Source: Octopus vulgaris
Lineage: Eukaryota
Length of the DNA stretch: 64,000 nt
Direction: 5' to 3'
NCBI GenBank assembly: GCA_951406725.2
Contig: OX597829.1
Span: forward strand, 16,864,001-16,928,000
The notes under the pieces were generated by a model. It was not told where the DNA came from. It saw only the letters and a list, made by a program, of their open reading frames with translations, and did not search any database. The translations under genes were made by a program, and so were the position numbers. Position 1 is the first letter of the stretch; the number at the start of each line of letters is the position of its first letter. Below, in pieces: positions 40,506 through 55,042 of the stretch.

Positions 40506-40995
40506 GTGGAGGCGTAATGGCCCAGTAGTTATGGCAGCGGGCTCGCGGTCGTAAGAAAGCGGTTTCGATTCCCAGACCGGGCGTTATGAGTGTTTGTTGA
40601 GCAAAAACACCTAAGCTCCACGAGGCTCCGGCGGGGAGGGGTGGTGAACCCCGCTGTACTCTTTCACCACAACTTTCTCTCACTCTTTCTTCCTAATTCT
40701 GCCACAAAGCAGAAGAACCATGGTGTAACCCACTATGGTATGGTAAACTTTCAGACCCTAGTCTAGATTGCGAATCCTCTGTACCCCAGGATGGTTCAGC
40801 TCTCCACCCGTTAAAAGCCACCGTTTACGGAATGAGGATAACAACGTAGCTTTCACGCTCGTGCAACCGCCAGTCAATCGCGTGTGGTGGGTGGATCTTC
40901 AAGTTGCCACACGCATTCTTAGTAGCTTAGAGTAGGCTCGAATTAGAGATTATTCTTTGTGGCTAATGGCGTGAGTCCTGATTGGAAGAAGAAGA
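40506..40995 (+). mobile_element. SINE family R, putative tail type 3
   Basis: Head and core to about 40693, then a unique ~300-bp segment ending in (GAA)n; 3' boundary uncertain. Confidence 0.7.
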
Positions 40996-41558
40996 CAGCA
41001 GCATCAGCAGTAACAGAAGCATCGGCAGTAGCTACAACACCACAAACAACACCAACACCAACACCACCACCACCACCACCACCACCACCACCACCATAAA
41101 CTTTTAATGCTGGTTCTGAATTCTACAGAAAATCTGTAGATAAATATAAAAATGAAAATAATGCACTGCTAACACAAAAGTAAGACAGCATTGGCTAATA
41201 AGCCCTTAATATAATTCGTATTATATTGTGATTGCAGAAACGAAATATTGTGTCCCTTCCGGCAATTTATATGTATGCACCTTTTGCTAGAAATGCGTTT
41301 AATATGTAAATTGCTTCATCTAATAGTGTAATACAGTTAAACTTTGAGGGTATTTAAACAATGTATTCATGAGTAGCTAATGGGTTGAATGTGGTACTGA
41401 AGAAATAGCCAGGAGTGCTGAAATATGCATATACAGCCATTAGTTATTTTTCTATTTTCGACTGCTTTGTTTATGTAGACGTATTCGGACACGAAGCCGT
41501 AACTTTCGGTCCTGGCTCTATAGTCTACAGAAAATCTATAGATAAGCTTTAAAATGAA

Positions 41559-41648
<90 letters not shown>

Positions 41649-41714
41649 ATATATATATATATCAATCTGTCTATCTATCTATCCATCTATCCATCCATCT
41701 ATCTATCAATCTAT

Positions 41715-42158
41715 ACTCTTTTACTCGTTTCAGTCATTTGACTGTGGCCATGCTAGAGCACCACCTTTTATTCGAAGAAATCGACCCTTTGACTCATTCT
41801 TTGTAAGCGTGGTGCTTATTCTATCGGTCTCTTCTGCCGAACCGCTAAGGTACGGGAATGTAAACACACCAACATCGGTAGTCAAGTGATGGTGGGAGGA
41901 CAAACATAGGCACAAACATAACTATGTACACGCACACACACACACATACACACACACACACACACACACATACACACATATATATATATATATACGACGG
42001 GCGTCTTTCAGTTTCCGTCTACCAAATCCACTCACAAGGATTTGGTCGGGCCGAGGTTATAGTATAAGACACTTGCCCACAGTACTATGCAGTGAGACTG
42101 AATCCAGAACCATGCGGTTGGGAAGCGAACTTCTTTACCACATAGTCATGCCTGCGCC
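41715..42158 (-). mobile_element. SINE family B
   Basis: Reverse-complement consensus. Confidence 0.88.
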
Positions 42159-42174
42159 TCCCTTTTATATATAT

Positions 42175-43455
42175 TTCTTAAGCATATCAAAAGCTAGATA
42201 AGATACGACCTAGATGTGCTCAACCACCTCCCTGAAACAATAAATAAATGCTCCTTACTAGTATATTTTGATGTAGTCAACCTCTAACCTCTATTCCAAT
42301 ATCCCTCACAGCCTAGGAATAGAGGCTGGCTAGAGAATTACACTAATGAACTCCCACACCGCATCCCAAAAAATTCGTAATAGAAGGACTAGAATTCGTA
42401 ATAGAAGAGCTAAAAGAATTCGTAATAGAAAGGCTTGGAGAATAACTTCATATTTAATGACAAATTCTATCGATAGAATTGGGGACAACGATGGACACGC
42501 GAATGGTCCCCTCCTTTGCTAATCTAGTCATGGGGTACCTAGAAATCGATCGCTATCGTAAGGTACTAGAAGAATACAGAAACCCATTCTTCCTGTACAT
42601 AGTAAATGACTGGAAAAGATATCTAGATGACTGTTTGATTCTTTGGTACGAAAGTATAGAGAGACTTAAAGAATTTCAAACACTTTTGAAAGGACTTGAA
42701 TTAAGCGTTCAATTTACGATAGAATAAAGCCACCAACAACTTCTATTTTTCGAAATCTTCATTAAGAAATCTAACACCAAAATAGAAACTGACATCTACC
42801 CTAAGCCCACGAACTCCAAGCAATATCTTGCCACACCTCCATTCAACTTTTGCCACCGCAGACACACGAAAATGAATATCCCTTACAAGCTATCAAAAAA
42901 GACTTGTACCATAGTATCTGATAGAAACACCAGGGACACACGACTACACAAGCTAAAGGATGCACCTACCATCACTAATTGATATAGGCTTTCAACTCAA
43001 CATCTACAACTCAACATCTACGAACTCAGACACCCCAAACTAAAGAAAGATTTACAACCAAAAGCCCTACCATACATATCCCCGCACGACCCCCTAGACA
43101 ATGAGGCCTTCAACACCATCATCCACAACATCCCTTTACTAAAAGGGGTCCATAGAATGGATCAAATCCTCCAAATACACGCCATCATAAAGAGCAAAAG
43201 ACAACCCTAGTCAATATAAAGTCTTCTAACACAGGCTCAGATACAATCGTCAACAACATCGAAACCGACAGTAACAAAATGCGGAAGACCTAACTGTGGT
43301 ATATGTGTCAACCTAATTGACGGATCGGAATTCTCTTTCAAACAAGGTCAACGTTTTACAGTGAAAACCAACTTCACATGTACCTAAGAAAACCCAATAC
43401 ATGTATTAACTTGCTCAGGGTGTCAAGAACAATATATTGGTCAAACTAAAAAAAA
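42175..43455 (+). mobile_element. Decayed Penelope-like element (Neptune-like RT plus GIY-YIG)
   Basis: FDVVNLY..NIPH, GTTMDTRMVPSFANLVMGYLE, WKRYLDDC, TDIYPKPT, KCGRPNCGIC, FTCT, VLTCSGCQEQYIGQTK. Confidence 0.9.
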
Positions 43456-44224
43456 TTAACGTTAAATTCCGTCATCGCAGATGGAACTACAACAAGAATT
43501 TAGAACATTTCCAACCACTACTGCTATGACCACAACGGGTATACTATTAGGTCATTTGACCATTAAATACGCACATAGCTACACGCACAAACAGATACAC
43601 ACACGCACACAAAAACATACACAAACATGCACACATACACACATATGTAAATATGTATATACATATGTATGTGTGCGCATGTGTGCGCATGTGTGTTTGT
43701 GTGCGTGTATATATCCCATCCATTTATACATTATACATAGAAATTTTTGCGCGCGTGTTCAAATATATTTTCCTCTGAGCGTACACGCTTAGTTAGTTAC
43801 GTCTAGCGTACATACTCTATTCTTCGGCTTCTAATACAAAATTATCTTGAACAATTTTCTTAGCAATTATCATTTTTCATTCTTTACGTTCCCTTCCTTA
43901 AATTACCTGTTCAACTGCCGTGAAGGGCTTTTAGTTCATCCATTTAGAAAATACTAGAATTATTTAAAGAAACGAACAACTAAACGAAATTAACTTTGGC
44001 AATTTCATTTCAGAATTCATATCGCTATATATATATATATCTTTTTTGTTTGTTGATAATATTTATAATTACGTTAATGCCCCCTTGTTTTTATATTTTA
44101 TTTTTCCTTTCTAATTATCGTTCTTTCCATTTTCTTACCCTTCTCTTCTTTCATTTCTTCTTTCCATATGTTATACTATATTACATATATTTATACATCC
44201 CTATATATATATATACATACATAT

Positions 44225-44289
<65 letters not shown>

Positions 44290-44548
44290 TTTATAACTGC
44301 TTATTTGCATTTTTTCTCTTTTCCTTTTTCTACATTTACCATTCTTACATTTTTTATTCTTATCTTTCTTTTTCTTCTTTATATCTTTCTCTTTTCTCCT
44401 TCGCATAATTTCAAACTTTATCACGGTGATAAAATTGCATAAACCGGAAAAATAGTGGTGGATGAGTACAGTCAACGAAATCTATTGAAAATGATTTTTC
44501 TTTCCAAAAATATATAATTTTTGGTACAGTTGTTACAAAATGTTATTC

Positions 44549-44863
<315 letters not shown>

Positions 44864-44865
44864 AA

Positions 44866-45060
44866 GGCGTCGAGCTGACGAAATGCTTTGCGGTATTCCG
44901 TCCGTCTCTTCGTTCCGTGTTCAAATTCCGCTGAGGTCGACTTTGCTTTTCATCCTTTCGGGGTCGATAAAATAAATACCAGTTGAACACTAGGATCAAT
45001 GTAATCGAATCATCACCTCCCCCAAAATTGTTGCCCGTGTGGAAAAATTTGAAACCATTG
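44866..45060 (+). mobile_element. SINE family A, alternative tail
   Basis: Core match, tail ..CCCCAAAATTG..AAATTTGAAACC. Confidence 0.8.
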
Positions 45061-45097
45061 TTGTTGTTGTCGTCATCATCATCATCATCATCATCTT

Positions 45098-45720
45098 TCA
45101 GGTTTTATGCGTATATATTGTTGCGGTTCCGTTATTTGGGTAAAGCACTGTTGTAAAATAAGCGTGTGAGATTGAAATACATTCCTTACGTGTCCATTTA
45201 TGATTTTTGGGTTTTATTTGAGTGACATGGGGAATAACGTCCGACTCTTTATTTTGATGGTCATCATTTTCGTAGGGTATCGTTCCGTTCATTTCTGGTG
45301 TTAAATGGTTTTGTTCGTGTACTTTTTGTGTGACAAATTTAAAGTACGTACTTCCCGCTTGTTATCCTTGGGTTCAATAATACGGATACTATTTAATTTA
45401 GTGTTCATGTTTTTGTGCATGGTGGTAGCGGACGGAGATGGTCGGATGTCGACTGGATCGTAATGTGGCGAACGTGTTTATAGGTCTTGTGTGAGTGATG
45501 GAAATGACACACAGTTAAAATACATTATTTCATTTGGAAAACAGAAACAAATTTTAGTATTACTCGGATATAGTCCCACACTTTTAATGAGTATTACTTA
45601 CTCGGGTGTAGTCCAGTGCTTCGTCAGTGTGGCGAGCGTGTTTACACGTGTCGTGCGAGTGACGGAGGTGACACACCGCTAAAATTCATCGTTACATTCG
45701 GAAAATAGAAATAAATTTTA
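45098..45720 (-). mobile_element. Possible 5' region of an R4/Dong-like element
   Basis: KNHKWTRKECISISHAYF resembles the R4-clade N-terminal KWT..E...AYY motif. Confidence 0.4.
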
Positions 45721-45867
45721 ATGTGCATTACTTACCCGGATAACACTTTGTCAGTTATTTTAGGCTCCATGTGGTGTCTTTATTCCCGATGATTTTGAAT
45801 AGATTTCGGAGCAGTGTTTTATCGGTCTCACATGTTAAATATGTGTTCTTCTTTATTATTATTATTA

Positions 45868-46455
<588 letters not shown>

Positions 46456-46458
46456 TTA

Positions 46459-46537
<79 letters not shown>

Positions 46538-46554
46538 CATTATTATTATTATTC

Positions 46555-46768
46555 TATGTTTGACTTTTGCTTTATGTCTGTACAAGTTGGCTCCAAGTCT
46601 CACCCAGAAACCTCGAGAGACAACAGGCTGGAAGTTCACGTTGTTGTTATGCCTAGTGTGCCATATATTTGGGTTTTTTTTGTTTGTGTTGTATTAGTGA
46701 ATGTCTAATACATAATTTTTTTTTAAAAATTTGTTTTAGACCTTGGGATTACATAGAGAGTATTTTGC

Positions 46769-46771
<3 letters not shown>
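46555..46771 (-). mobile_element. Short R4/Dong-like 3' end
   Basis: Minus strand ..RKILSM* then 3' UTR running into (TAA)n. Confidence 0.5.
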
Positions 46772-46815
<44 letters not shown>

Positions 46816-46841
46816 GTTGTTGTTGTTGTTGTTGTTGTTGT

Positions 46842-46918
<77 letters not shown>

Positions 46919-46941
46919 TTATCATTATTATTATTATTATT

Positions 46942-47440
46942 ATTCAGTTGTATTTTTATCACATGCTTTCACTGCACTACCGAGCACAGTTCTGTTTGCC
47001 TTGGTTATGTGCTGTAGTTTGTTGTGGTGCTCTTAAATTTCTCCGTACTGAAAGTGTTTGATGTAGGATGTGTGCGGTGCCTAGTAGTGCTATTTTCTAG
47101 ATGTTATATATACTTGTAAGTCCTGGTATTTTTGTTATATATTTGTCCGAATGTTTTTTTATCATAATTATTGCGCCTTCTGTGATAGGAATTGTTTCTG
47201 TTTTGAGGCTCCGCATTCAAGTTACCTCCATTTCCAGATCTTTGTATTTTGAAAGTTTCTCCGTTTCTTTTAGAGAACCATTGTCATCTGTTGGTACTGA
47301 TACGTCGATTAAAAAGTAACACTGACAGTTATATCCGGCCTATTGACCTTGATTTCACTATCTGTGTGTATTGTCATTTACCAGTGTATGGTTGATTTCT
47401 CATTTTCTGTGGACTTTCCTGGCGTGTGCCTACACCATCT
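46942..47440 (-). mobile_element. R4/Dong-like 3' end (RLE domain)
   Basis: IHTDSEIKVNRPDI, LIDVSVPTD, EKLSKYKDL, KIALLGTAHIL; tail runs into (TAA)n. Confidence 0.88.
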
Positions 47441-47500
47441 TTTTTCTATTGTTTTTCCATAATGTTGGCATGGCTTCCAGTGTATATATTATTATTATTA

Positions 47501-47892
47501 TCATTGAGTGAGAGAGCAGTGCATGCCATCAAAGTGACACTGGGGTAAAATATACGAAGCCCAATATACCCATCATGACTTACCCGTCTGATAAAGGTAC
47601 ACCAGGCACATGCATCACAACCATATGTGCGCGACATGGTGATCTCATATCAAGATAAACAGCACATGACCTTGCAGGTGGGGCCCAGTTAGAATTTTCT
47701 TCAGGTTGAGTAGCCCATCCCGCTCAAACGGTCCCTGAATAAGGGTTGTTTAAGGATGTTGAAAGAACCACCCATGTTTCCAGAGGTGAACTATTCAAAC
47801 CCCAAAGACTCCCTCTCAACACATGGCTATGATGCTCCCCCCACTACTTCTGCTCGTGATCAGAGATGCCACTAAGGGACATGCTCAACTGG
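47501..47892 (-). mobile_element. ~470-bp non-coding repeat, copy 2 (truncated)
   Basis: Near-identical to 45868-46270. Confidence 0.8.
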
Positions 47893-47949
47893 TCGTGGCG
47901 GTGGTGGTGGTGGTGGTGGTGGTGATACTGGTGGTGCTGGTAGTGATAA

Positions 47950-48330
47950 ACGTCTTCTAACCTCGGATCAGCCAAAGCCTTGTGAGTGGATTTGGTAGAC
48001 GGAAACTGAATGAAGCCCGTCGTATATATACATATATGTGAGTGTGTCTTTATGCGCTTATGTGTGCACCTGCGTGTGTTTGTTTATGTGTTTATGTGTG
48101 TGTGTGTGTGTGTGTATTTCTGTGTCTGTGTTTGTCTCCCACCATCACTTAACAACCGGTGTGGTGTGTTTACGACGCCGTAACTTAGCATTCGGCAAGG
48201 GAGATCGATAGAATAAGTACCAGGCTTATAAATACGCATAATCTCTGGAGTCAATTTGTTCGACTAAAGCCCTTCAAGGCGGTGCTCCAGCATGACCGCA
48301 GTCAAATGACTGAAACAAGTAAAAGTTAAA
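47950..48330 (+). mobile_element. SINE family B, 5'-truncated
   Basis: Family consensus. Confidence 0.85.
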
Positions 48331-48394
48331 AAAAATAAAAGGTGTTCCGGTTGAAGAAGCACTCTACTGATTACAATTTAAAATTTTATATTAA

Positions 48395-48613
48395 TAAAAT
48401 AACCTCTCCATCTTCAAAATATTCACAAAAAAGTCACTTCTATTGATTTTTTTAATGGTTTTGCGGGGTGACTGGGGAAATATAAAGATGTGCACGACCA
48501 CCCTTGGACGGTTTTGAATGACCATAGCAAGTGCGAGCCCTCTAACTGAAAAATTGTGGATTTGTATAAAGGACACGCACACACACACACAGACATTTTG
48601 CCGTTTATATATA
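48395..48613 (-). mobile_element. Helitron-like family H1, 5' region
   Basis: Closely similar to 63444-63650, which starts A|TC. Confidence 0.65.
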
Positions 48614-48614
48614 A

Positions 48615-49011
48615 CTAGCAGTATCGCCCGGCGTTGCTCGGGTTTGTAAGGGAAATAACTATATAAGCATTTTTAGAGAGTTATAGCCAAAAAATAGCAA
48701 AAAAATGCATTAAAAATGGAAAACAAATTAAGGTAATTTTTTTTTTAAATCGTTGACACATCGTAGATATTTTTAGAGAGTTACTTCCCCTATATAATAG
48801 CGAAAAAATGTATTAAAATGGAAAAATATGATGGTAAATTTTTTTTAAATCGTAGACTCATCGTAGACGCACGCTAATACCCAGAAGGGCTCGATATGAA
48901 TCACGACTATAAGATACCCGGTTTTGGTTACACTGCACCGCAAAATGTGGGAGTAGTTAGGAATCTAAATCGTAGGAGACAGACACACAACTTCACTTTT
49001 ATATATAAAGA
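48615..49011 (-). mobile_element. Complete non-autonomous Helitron H2
   Basis: Minus strand 5'-TC.., sub-terminal hairpin CCCGAGCAACGCCGGG, 3'-CTAG, inserted at A|T. Confidence 0.88.
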
Positions 49012-49479
49012 TATAAGCCACGTAGTTATATACACATACTTTGTTATATACACATTCTTAAAAGAAAATGTTATTTTGAACACAACATTTATAAAGAATA
49101 AAATATTTTTTGGTTTTTCTTTTAAACGGATGCATACATTTATTAATAACTATATATAAGTGTCGTCTGTTTATACATAAACACTGTTTCATACTGCAAG
49201 CTCGGCTCGCCAATTAATACTACCAAAATTTAACGACAGAAAGTAAAATAAAAACCAATTTACCTTTTCTGTATTGTTATAGCAATTCGACCGTCCGTGT
49301 GTCTTTGCAAATGTGTTGGAATGAGAAGTGAGTTGTGTTTTGGCGCCTTTTTTACTAATAACAAACACACACGTGTTTGTATGTAGTTGTTTGAAACGTT
49401 TGTGTTTGTCACTGTCATATATGTATGTGTATGCGTGTGTGTGAGGAATGACACACACACACTCACGCACGCACACATG

Positions 49480-50017
49480 TACATCAATGCTTTCGGAGTG
49501 AAATGTTAAAATATTGAGTTTTCTCGAATTTTGTCTTAATTGGGGGTAAAATTGAAAGAAATTTTGTATGGCATGACCCAATGGAAGTACTTTGAAAAAT
49601 CATGGGTAAACTCTAATTGAAGAAATTGTGTGAGGAGTAAATCGTTATGTATTTGTTTGTTTCTGTTTGCTGTGTTTCTTTTTTTTAGTAGTGGTTTCAC
49701 TTTAATCGTTGCAAACTTGCAAAGAGAAAGTCGTAGAAATTAGAGTGATAGCGTGAGTGAATCAGATCGCTCCCTTTTTGTGTGTGTGCGTGTGCTATAG
49801 CCCACACTAAGAAAAGCACTTGACTTACACACCACAATGTGAGTTTTCTCTAAATTTTGCTTAATTGGGGTTGAAATTTTAAAAACTGGACCTGGCATGA
49901 CCCGATGCATTCTACTCTTAAAAATGCTAGGTAAATTGTAATTGAAGAAATCCTATATTGTAGATTTCTATAAGAGACAAAGGGAGGCAGATAAAATCTG
50001 CCTTTTATAATAAGAGA
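49480..50017 (-). mobile_element. Helitron-like family H3, 5' region with internal ~115-bp diverged repeat
   Basis: Minus strand A|TCTCTTATTATAAAAGG; 49514-49627 resembles 49839-49952. Confidence 0.5.
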
Positions 50018-50411
50018 TAGAGATAAGGCTGTATCATTAATACGTCCGTTTCGGACCTACGTAGCTTCTACATTCGATACAACTCCACGTCACAAAAGCA
50101 AGCATCTATTATATTCACAGGTTGAGTAAAAACTTATAAATGGAATCTAGTGAACAAAAAATGCGAGGAAGCCTGTCAGCAAAAACGGTCTTTTTTCGTG
50201 TAAGGAGAAACTAGACTTAATTCGTTGCTTTGTTTAATAATATTAATTGAACCTCGAGTAATTTTAACATTCAAAGCATGAGTCTGTTCTGCAAGCAATT
50301 TCTTTCCCTCCTGCAAGACTCACACGCTATGAAAGAAACTATGTGATACAAGTCTTCCTCGACCGACTAAGATATTAAGGGAAAAAAAAGAACACTACTG
50401 ATACCTGATCA

Positions 50412-50818
50412 TTTAATTCAATTCAATTCAATTCAATTCAATTTTTATTGGCTCAAAAAGTAAAAGCAAGGCCATGTCGGGGGACAGGGAGGATGGTCAT
50501 ACAAAGAATTCAGGCCATTTCTGGTCAAGAGAGACTTTGAACCGAGCAGTCGTCGGCATCTTCACTATCTCGTCCGGCAGCTTATCCCACGGATCCGCAA
50601 CCGGTCGGAGAAAGCCCCTCTCCTTCGACTGAGAGGAAATCGTCGTAGATAGAGCTTTTCGGAGTGACCCCGCAGCCGACGCTCTGGAGCAGGAGTGAAG
50701 AACAGCTCTTTCGAGAGGTTACACTTTCCGCTTATGATGTTGTGAGCGAGAATGAGATGACCACGGCGTCGTCGTTTTTCTAGAGAATAAAGATCGAGCG
50801 TTTTCAGCTTTTCTTCAT
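50412..50818 (-). mobile_element. CR1-like LINE 3' end with (AATTG)n tail
   Basis: YEEKLKTLDLYSLEKRRRRGHLI..LRGHSEKL; AATAAA followed by a pentamer tail. Confidence 0.88.
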
Positions 50819-51243
50819 AAAAAACGATTATCCCTGTGCAAATGAGTAAAGATAATTCTAAATTCCAATCTACGATCACATAATGTCGTGGCTGTTTATT
50901 ACATGAACCGACGAGGGAGAGTGTTACTAATTGGTCGACCAACGAAAATCACACACTCAAATCACACTTTACATTCTCGAAAAGGGAACGACGTGTTAAT
51001 GTTGTCCTAAATAATTTTAAAGGATAGGTACGTCTCAGCTGGAACACTTTCATCCTGAGTCTTAAAAATCGATGTTGATTTGGAGCGAAACAACAACAAC
51101 AACAAATGATAAGGTTTGTAATAATATAACATAATTATTAGGTCACGCATTTTTGTGTAAAAGAGCGTTCACTAAAATTATATAGGCTCCTATTCAACGT
51201 TCCCTTTTCGACAAATATGTTTAGTATAATAATAATAATAATG

Positions 51244-51324
<81 letters not shown>

Positions 51325-51367
51325 ATAATAATAATAATAATGATAATAATAATAATAATAATAATAA

Positions 51368-51423
<56 letters not shown>

Positions 51424-51438
51424 ATAATAATAATAATG

Positions 51439-51505
<67 letters not shown>

Positions 51506-51519
51506 CAACAACGACAACT

Positions 51520-52105
51520 TCGAAAAATACCTTAGGAATAAAAACCCAGGTTCGAAGTTTCCCCAAGACACCTGATGAAGGTTGGAGGATATATCAGCCA
51601 AAACAAGGCGGCGAGGTGGCAGAAACGTTAGCGCGCCGGGCGAAATGCTTTGCGGTATTTCGTCTGTCGTTACGTTCTGAGTTCAAATTCCGCCGGGGTC
51701 AACTTTGCTTTTCATCCTTTCGGGGTCGATAAATTAAGTACCAGTTTCGCACTGGGGTCGATGTAATCGACTTAATTCGTTTGTCTGTCCTTGTTTGTCC
51801 TCTCTGTGTTTAGCCCCTTGTGGGTAATAAAGAAATAGGTATTTCGTCTGTCGTTACGTTCTGAGTTCAAATTCCGCCGGGGTCGACTTTGCTTTTCATC
51901 CTTTCGGGATCGATAAATTAAGTAACAGTTTCGCACTGGGGTCGATGTAATCGACTTAATCCGTTTGTCTGTCCTTGTTTGTCCCCTCTATGTTTAGCCC
52001 CTTGTGGGCAGTAAAGAAATATATATCAGCCGAAACGTTGTGTTAACAACGAACGAAATGTGGACAAATATCCGTGAAACGTATATAATGTAAATAATAA
52101 TTTCT
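51520..52105 (+). mobile_element. Hammerhead-tailed element copy 2 (no head visible), interrupted by SINE A
   Basis: CTGATGA at 51572; GAAACGTTGTGTT resumes at 52032. Confidence 0.82.
51607..52020 (+). mobile_element. SINE family A dimer
   Basis: 16-bp TSD ATATATCAGCC(A/G)AAAC. Confidence 0.92.
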
Positions 52106-52627
52106 TTGTTAACCGATGAGAGTTCATATAAAAGATTGGGGACGGTGCAGGACAATACAATACAAAAAAGAATGGGACTGAAACGAGTAAAAACAGAATA
52201 ACCAGGAAAACTTTAACAATTAAAACCCCAAAAGAGGGAAAGGGTAAGTGCACTCGCCCCTTCATCTACCCTTGATCTCGTGCGCATGCTTAGTGTAGGC
52301 TCGGTTTACTCGGGCCTTACGCACTACATTCACCTAACGTTTTACAAAATTGCTACAACAACGTGTGCCGTCGTGTCCTCTCAAATTCCACACAGTTTAT
52401 GTTTCGCTGACATCTTCACCCCATACATATATTTTCTCAAGTTGTTTGTTTGCAAAATTGATCTTGGGCTATTTTGATAAGACTGTCTTTTCTCTTTTTT
52501 TATTGCCCCTCCCCCCTTCCCCCCCCCACCCACCCCAACCATGTCCAGGACTTTGTTCTTCATATATTCATCTGCTGAGCTCGACTTTGCCTTTCGCCCT
52601 TTAGAAGTCGATAAAATAATCACTAGT

Positions 52628-53043
52628 TAGGCGTAGGATTGGCTGTGTGGTAAGTAGCTTGATTACCAACCACATAGTTCCGGGTTCAGTCCCACTGCGC
52701 GACACCTTGGGCAAATGTCTTCTACTATTGCCTCGGGCCAACCAAAGCCTTGTGAGTGGATTTGGTAGACGGAAACTGAAAGAAGCCCGTCGTATAAATG
52801 TGTATATATATATAAATACATGTGTGTGTGTGTCTGTCTGTCTGTGTTTGTCCCCACCCCCAATATTGCTCACTTGACAACCGATGCTGGTGTGTTTATG
52901 TCCCCGTAACTTAACGTTCGGCAAAAGAGACCGATAGAATAAGTACTAGGCTTACGAAGAATAAGTCCTGGGCTCGATTTACTTGACTAAAAGGCGGTCT
53001 CCAGCATGGCCACAGTCAAATGACTGAAACAAGTAAAAGAGTA
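52628..53043 (+). mobile_element. SINE family B nested in an old SINE A
   Basis: TAGTTA duplicated; family A fragments at 52580-52625 and 53045-53090. Confidence 0.88.
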
Positions 53044-53633
53044 GTTACGTACTAGGGTCGATGTAATTGACTAGCCCCCTCCCCTAAATTTCATAATTGT
53101 TGTTGTTGTTGTTTGTATTGCTAATTTTGTTTCTTATTGTAAAGCGTATTCCTTGTGCTGATGATTACGAATATATTTTGCTGACATTTATTTTTTAAAA
53201 TATTGATGATTTTTGCTTTTCCTGTATCACGTTACACGGGAAAGATTGCATTAATTTATTTTACTTGTTTGAACGAAAAGAAAAGAATATTTATGGGCAC
53301 ATTTCCTTAATTTATTTTGCTTAGCAATATTTCATTAGGGTTCTTTGTGTATCGGACACGTGTTGAAGGGTTCATTACAAAGTTTACAGCAATAACGTAT
53401 ACAAATATGGCCTCCAACCAAACATTTGTGAAAATAAATTTTAGCTCGGATTTTTTAAAAACAAATCTAGAAATAAATTTTAAAAGAAAAAGGCTTTTAG
53501 CAATGTCGTACAGACATGTTGGGGGTAATGTAGTGTTTATGTCTCTGGTATTTGGACAAATAACTGCGGTAATACTTATACAATCGCAACAAAAAGATAA
53601 TGAGTAATCGCATTAACAGCAACAACAATAGCA

Positions 53634-53992
53634 GTGGGGGCGCAATGGCCCAGTGGTTAGGGTAGCGGACTCGCGGTCGGAGGATCGCGGTTTCGATTCC
53701 CAGACCGGGCATTGTGTGTGTTTATTGAGCGAAAACACCTAAAGCTCAACGAGGCTCCGGCAGAGGGTAGTGGCGACCCCTGTTGTACTCTTTCGCTCCA
53801 ACTTTTTCTCATACTTTCTTCCTGTTTCTACGCAACCGCTGAGCCTGGATGCGCATTCATCCATCCGTCGATTCTCTCGGTGTCGGGTGGGTGGGTGTTG
53901 GGGTTGACCTGCTTTCTCTTCTGCGGGTCTTACGAATAGCAAAGGACCACGTTTCAGACTTCTCCCAAGAGGACGAAGACCGCTTCGCTCAA
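53634..53992 (+). mobile_element. SINE family R, tail type 4
   Basis: Same head and core, GC-rich unique tail ending in (CAA/CAG)n. Confidence 0.85.
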
Positions 53993-54163
53993 CAGCAACA
54001 GCAGCAATGAAACAACAACAACAGCAGCAGTAGCAGCCGCAGCGATAGCAACAGCAGTAAAACAACAGCAATACTACAATATCAATAAGAACGACAGCAA
54101 CAAGAACTTAAATCAAAAATATTTACCACAAAAATAGAGATTTTGGTATTAGTTTTCGAATAA

Positions 54164-54394
54164 GGTGGCGAGCTGGCAGAAACGTTAGCACGCCGGGCGA
54201 AATGCTTAGCGGTATTTTGTCTGCCGTTACGTTCCGAGTTTAAATTCTGCCGAGGTCGACTTTGTCTTTCATCCTTTCGGGGTCGATAAATTAAGTACCA
54301 GTTACGCACTGGGGTCGATGTAATCGACTTATTACCTATGTCTGTCCTTGTTTGTCCCCTCTATGTTTAGCCCCTTGTGGGTAATAAAGAAATA
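54164..54394 (+). mobile_element. SINE family A
   Basis: 18-bp TSD GGTATTAGTTTT(C/T)GAATA. Confidence 0.92.
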
Positions 54395-55042
54395 GGTATT
54401 AGTTTTTGAATATTGCTTTTTAAAGACAACATTCTGGGCTTGACGTGATCTAGTTGGAGGAAACAAAAAACGTATCAGAGATTTGACGCAAGTGAGTGCG
54501 CATTCTGGTGAGCGAAGTGAAAAATAGCTTGCTGCTTTCCTTCGTTGAGTGATGATCACTCAGCGATCCCTCAAATCAACGACTAAAGGAATCTTGTTTG
54601 GGATGTGATGTGAAGAGCAGTGAGCTGTTCATGGAATGGGCAAGACCGGAGAAAAGTATCTGTCGGATATTAAAAAGGAAGGCTGAGGAGAAGCGAGAAG
54701 TAGATAATACACGGTTGTTCATATGACTGAGCATAGTTCAATAAATGAGTTACCGGATGGAAGCGGAATTGTAATAGGCATTGGCAACAAAAGTGAATCA
54801 TGGTTTATTGTTATCTTTGTAACGTATCATGGCATGTTGTGAGTATAAATATAACATAAAATGATATGCAATTAAGAGAGGTTGGTACGAACTTGCAAAT
54901 ACGAAAGACCAACCGAAAAACTACCGAGTCATTCCGTTCGGTATCTCTTCGTTGTTAGTCCAGAAACAAAAACAATGAATTACGGAGATGTACTTGCATA
55001 GCGAGTGACTTGATCTGAGATCGTGTGCTGGAACGAAAACAA

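Noticed and set aside
53634-53710. tRNA-Arg(TCG) gene
   Set aside because: No proper acceptor stem and it continues into the shared SINE core; a SINE head.
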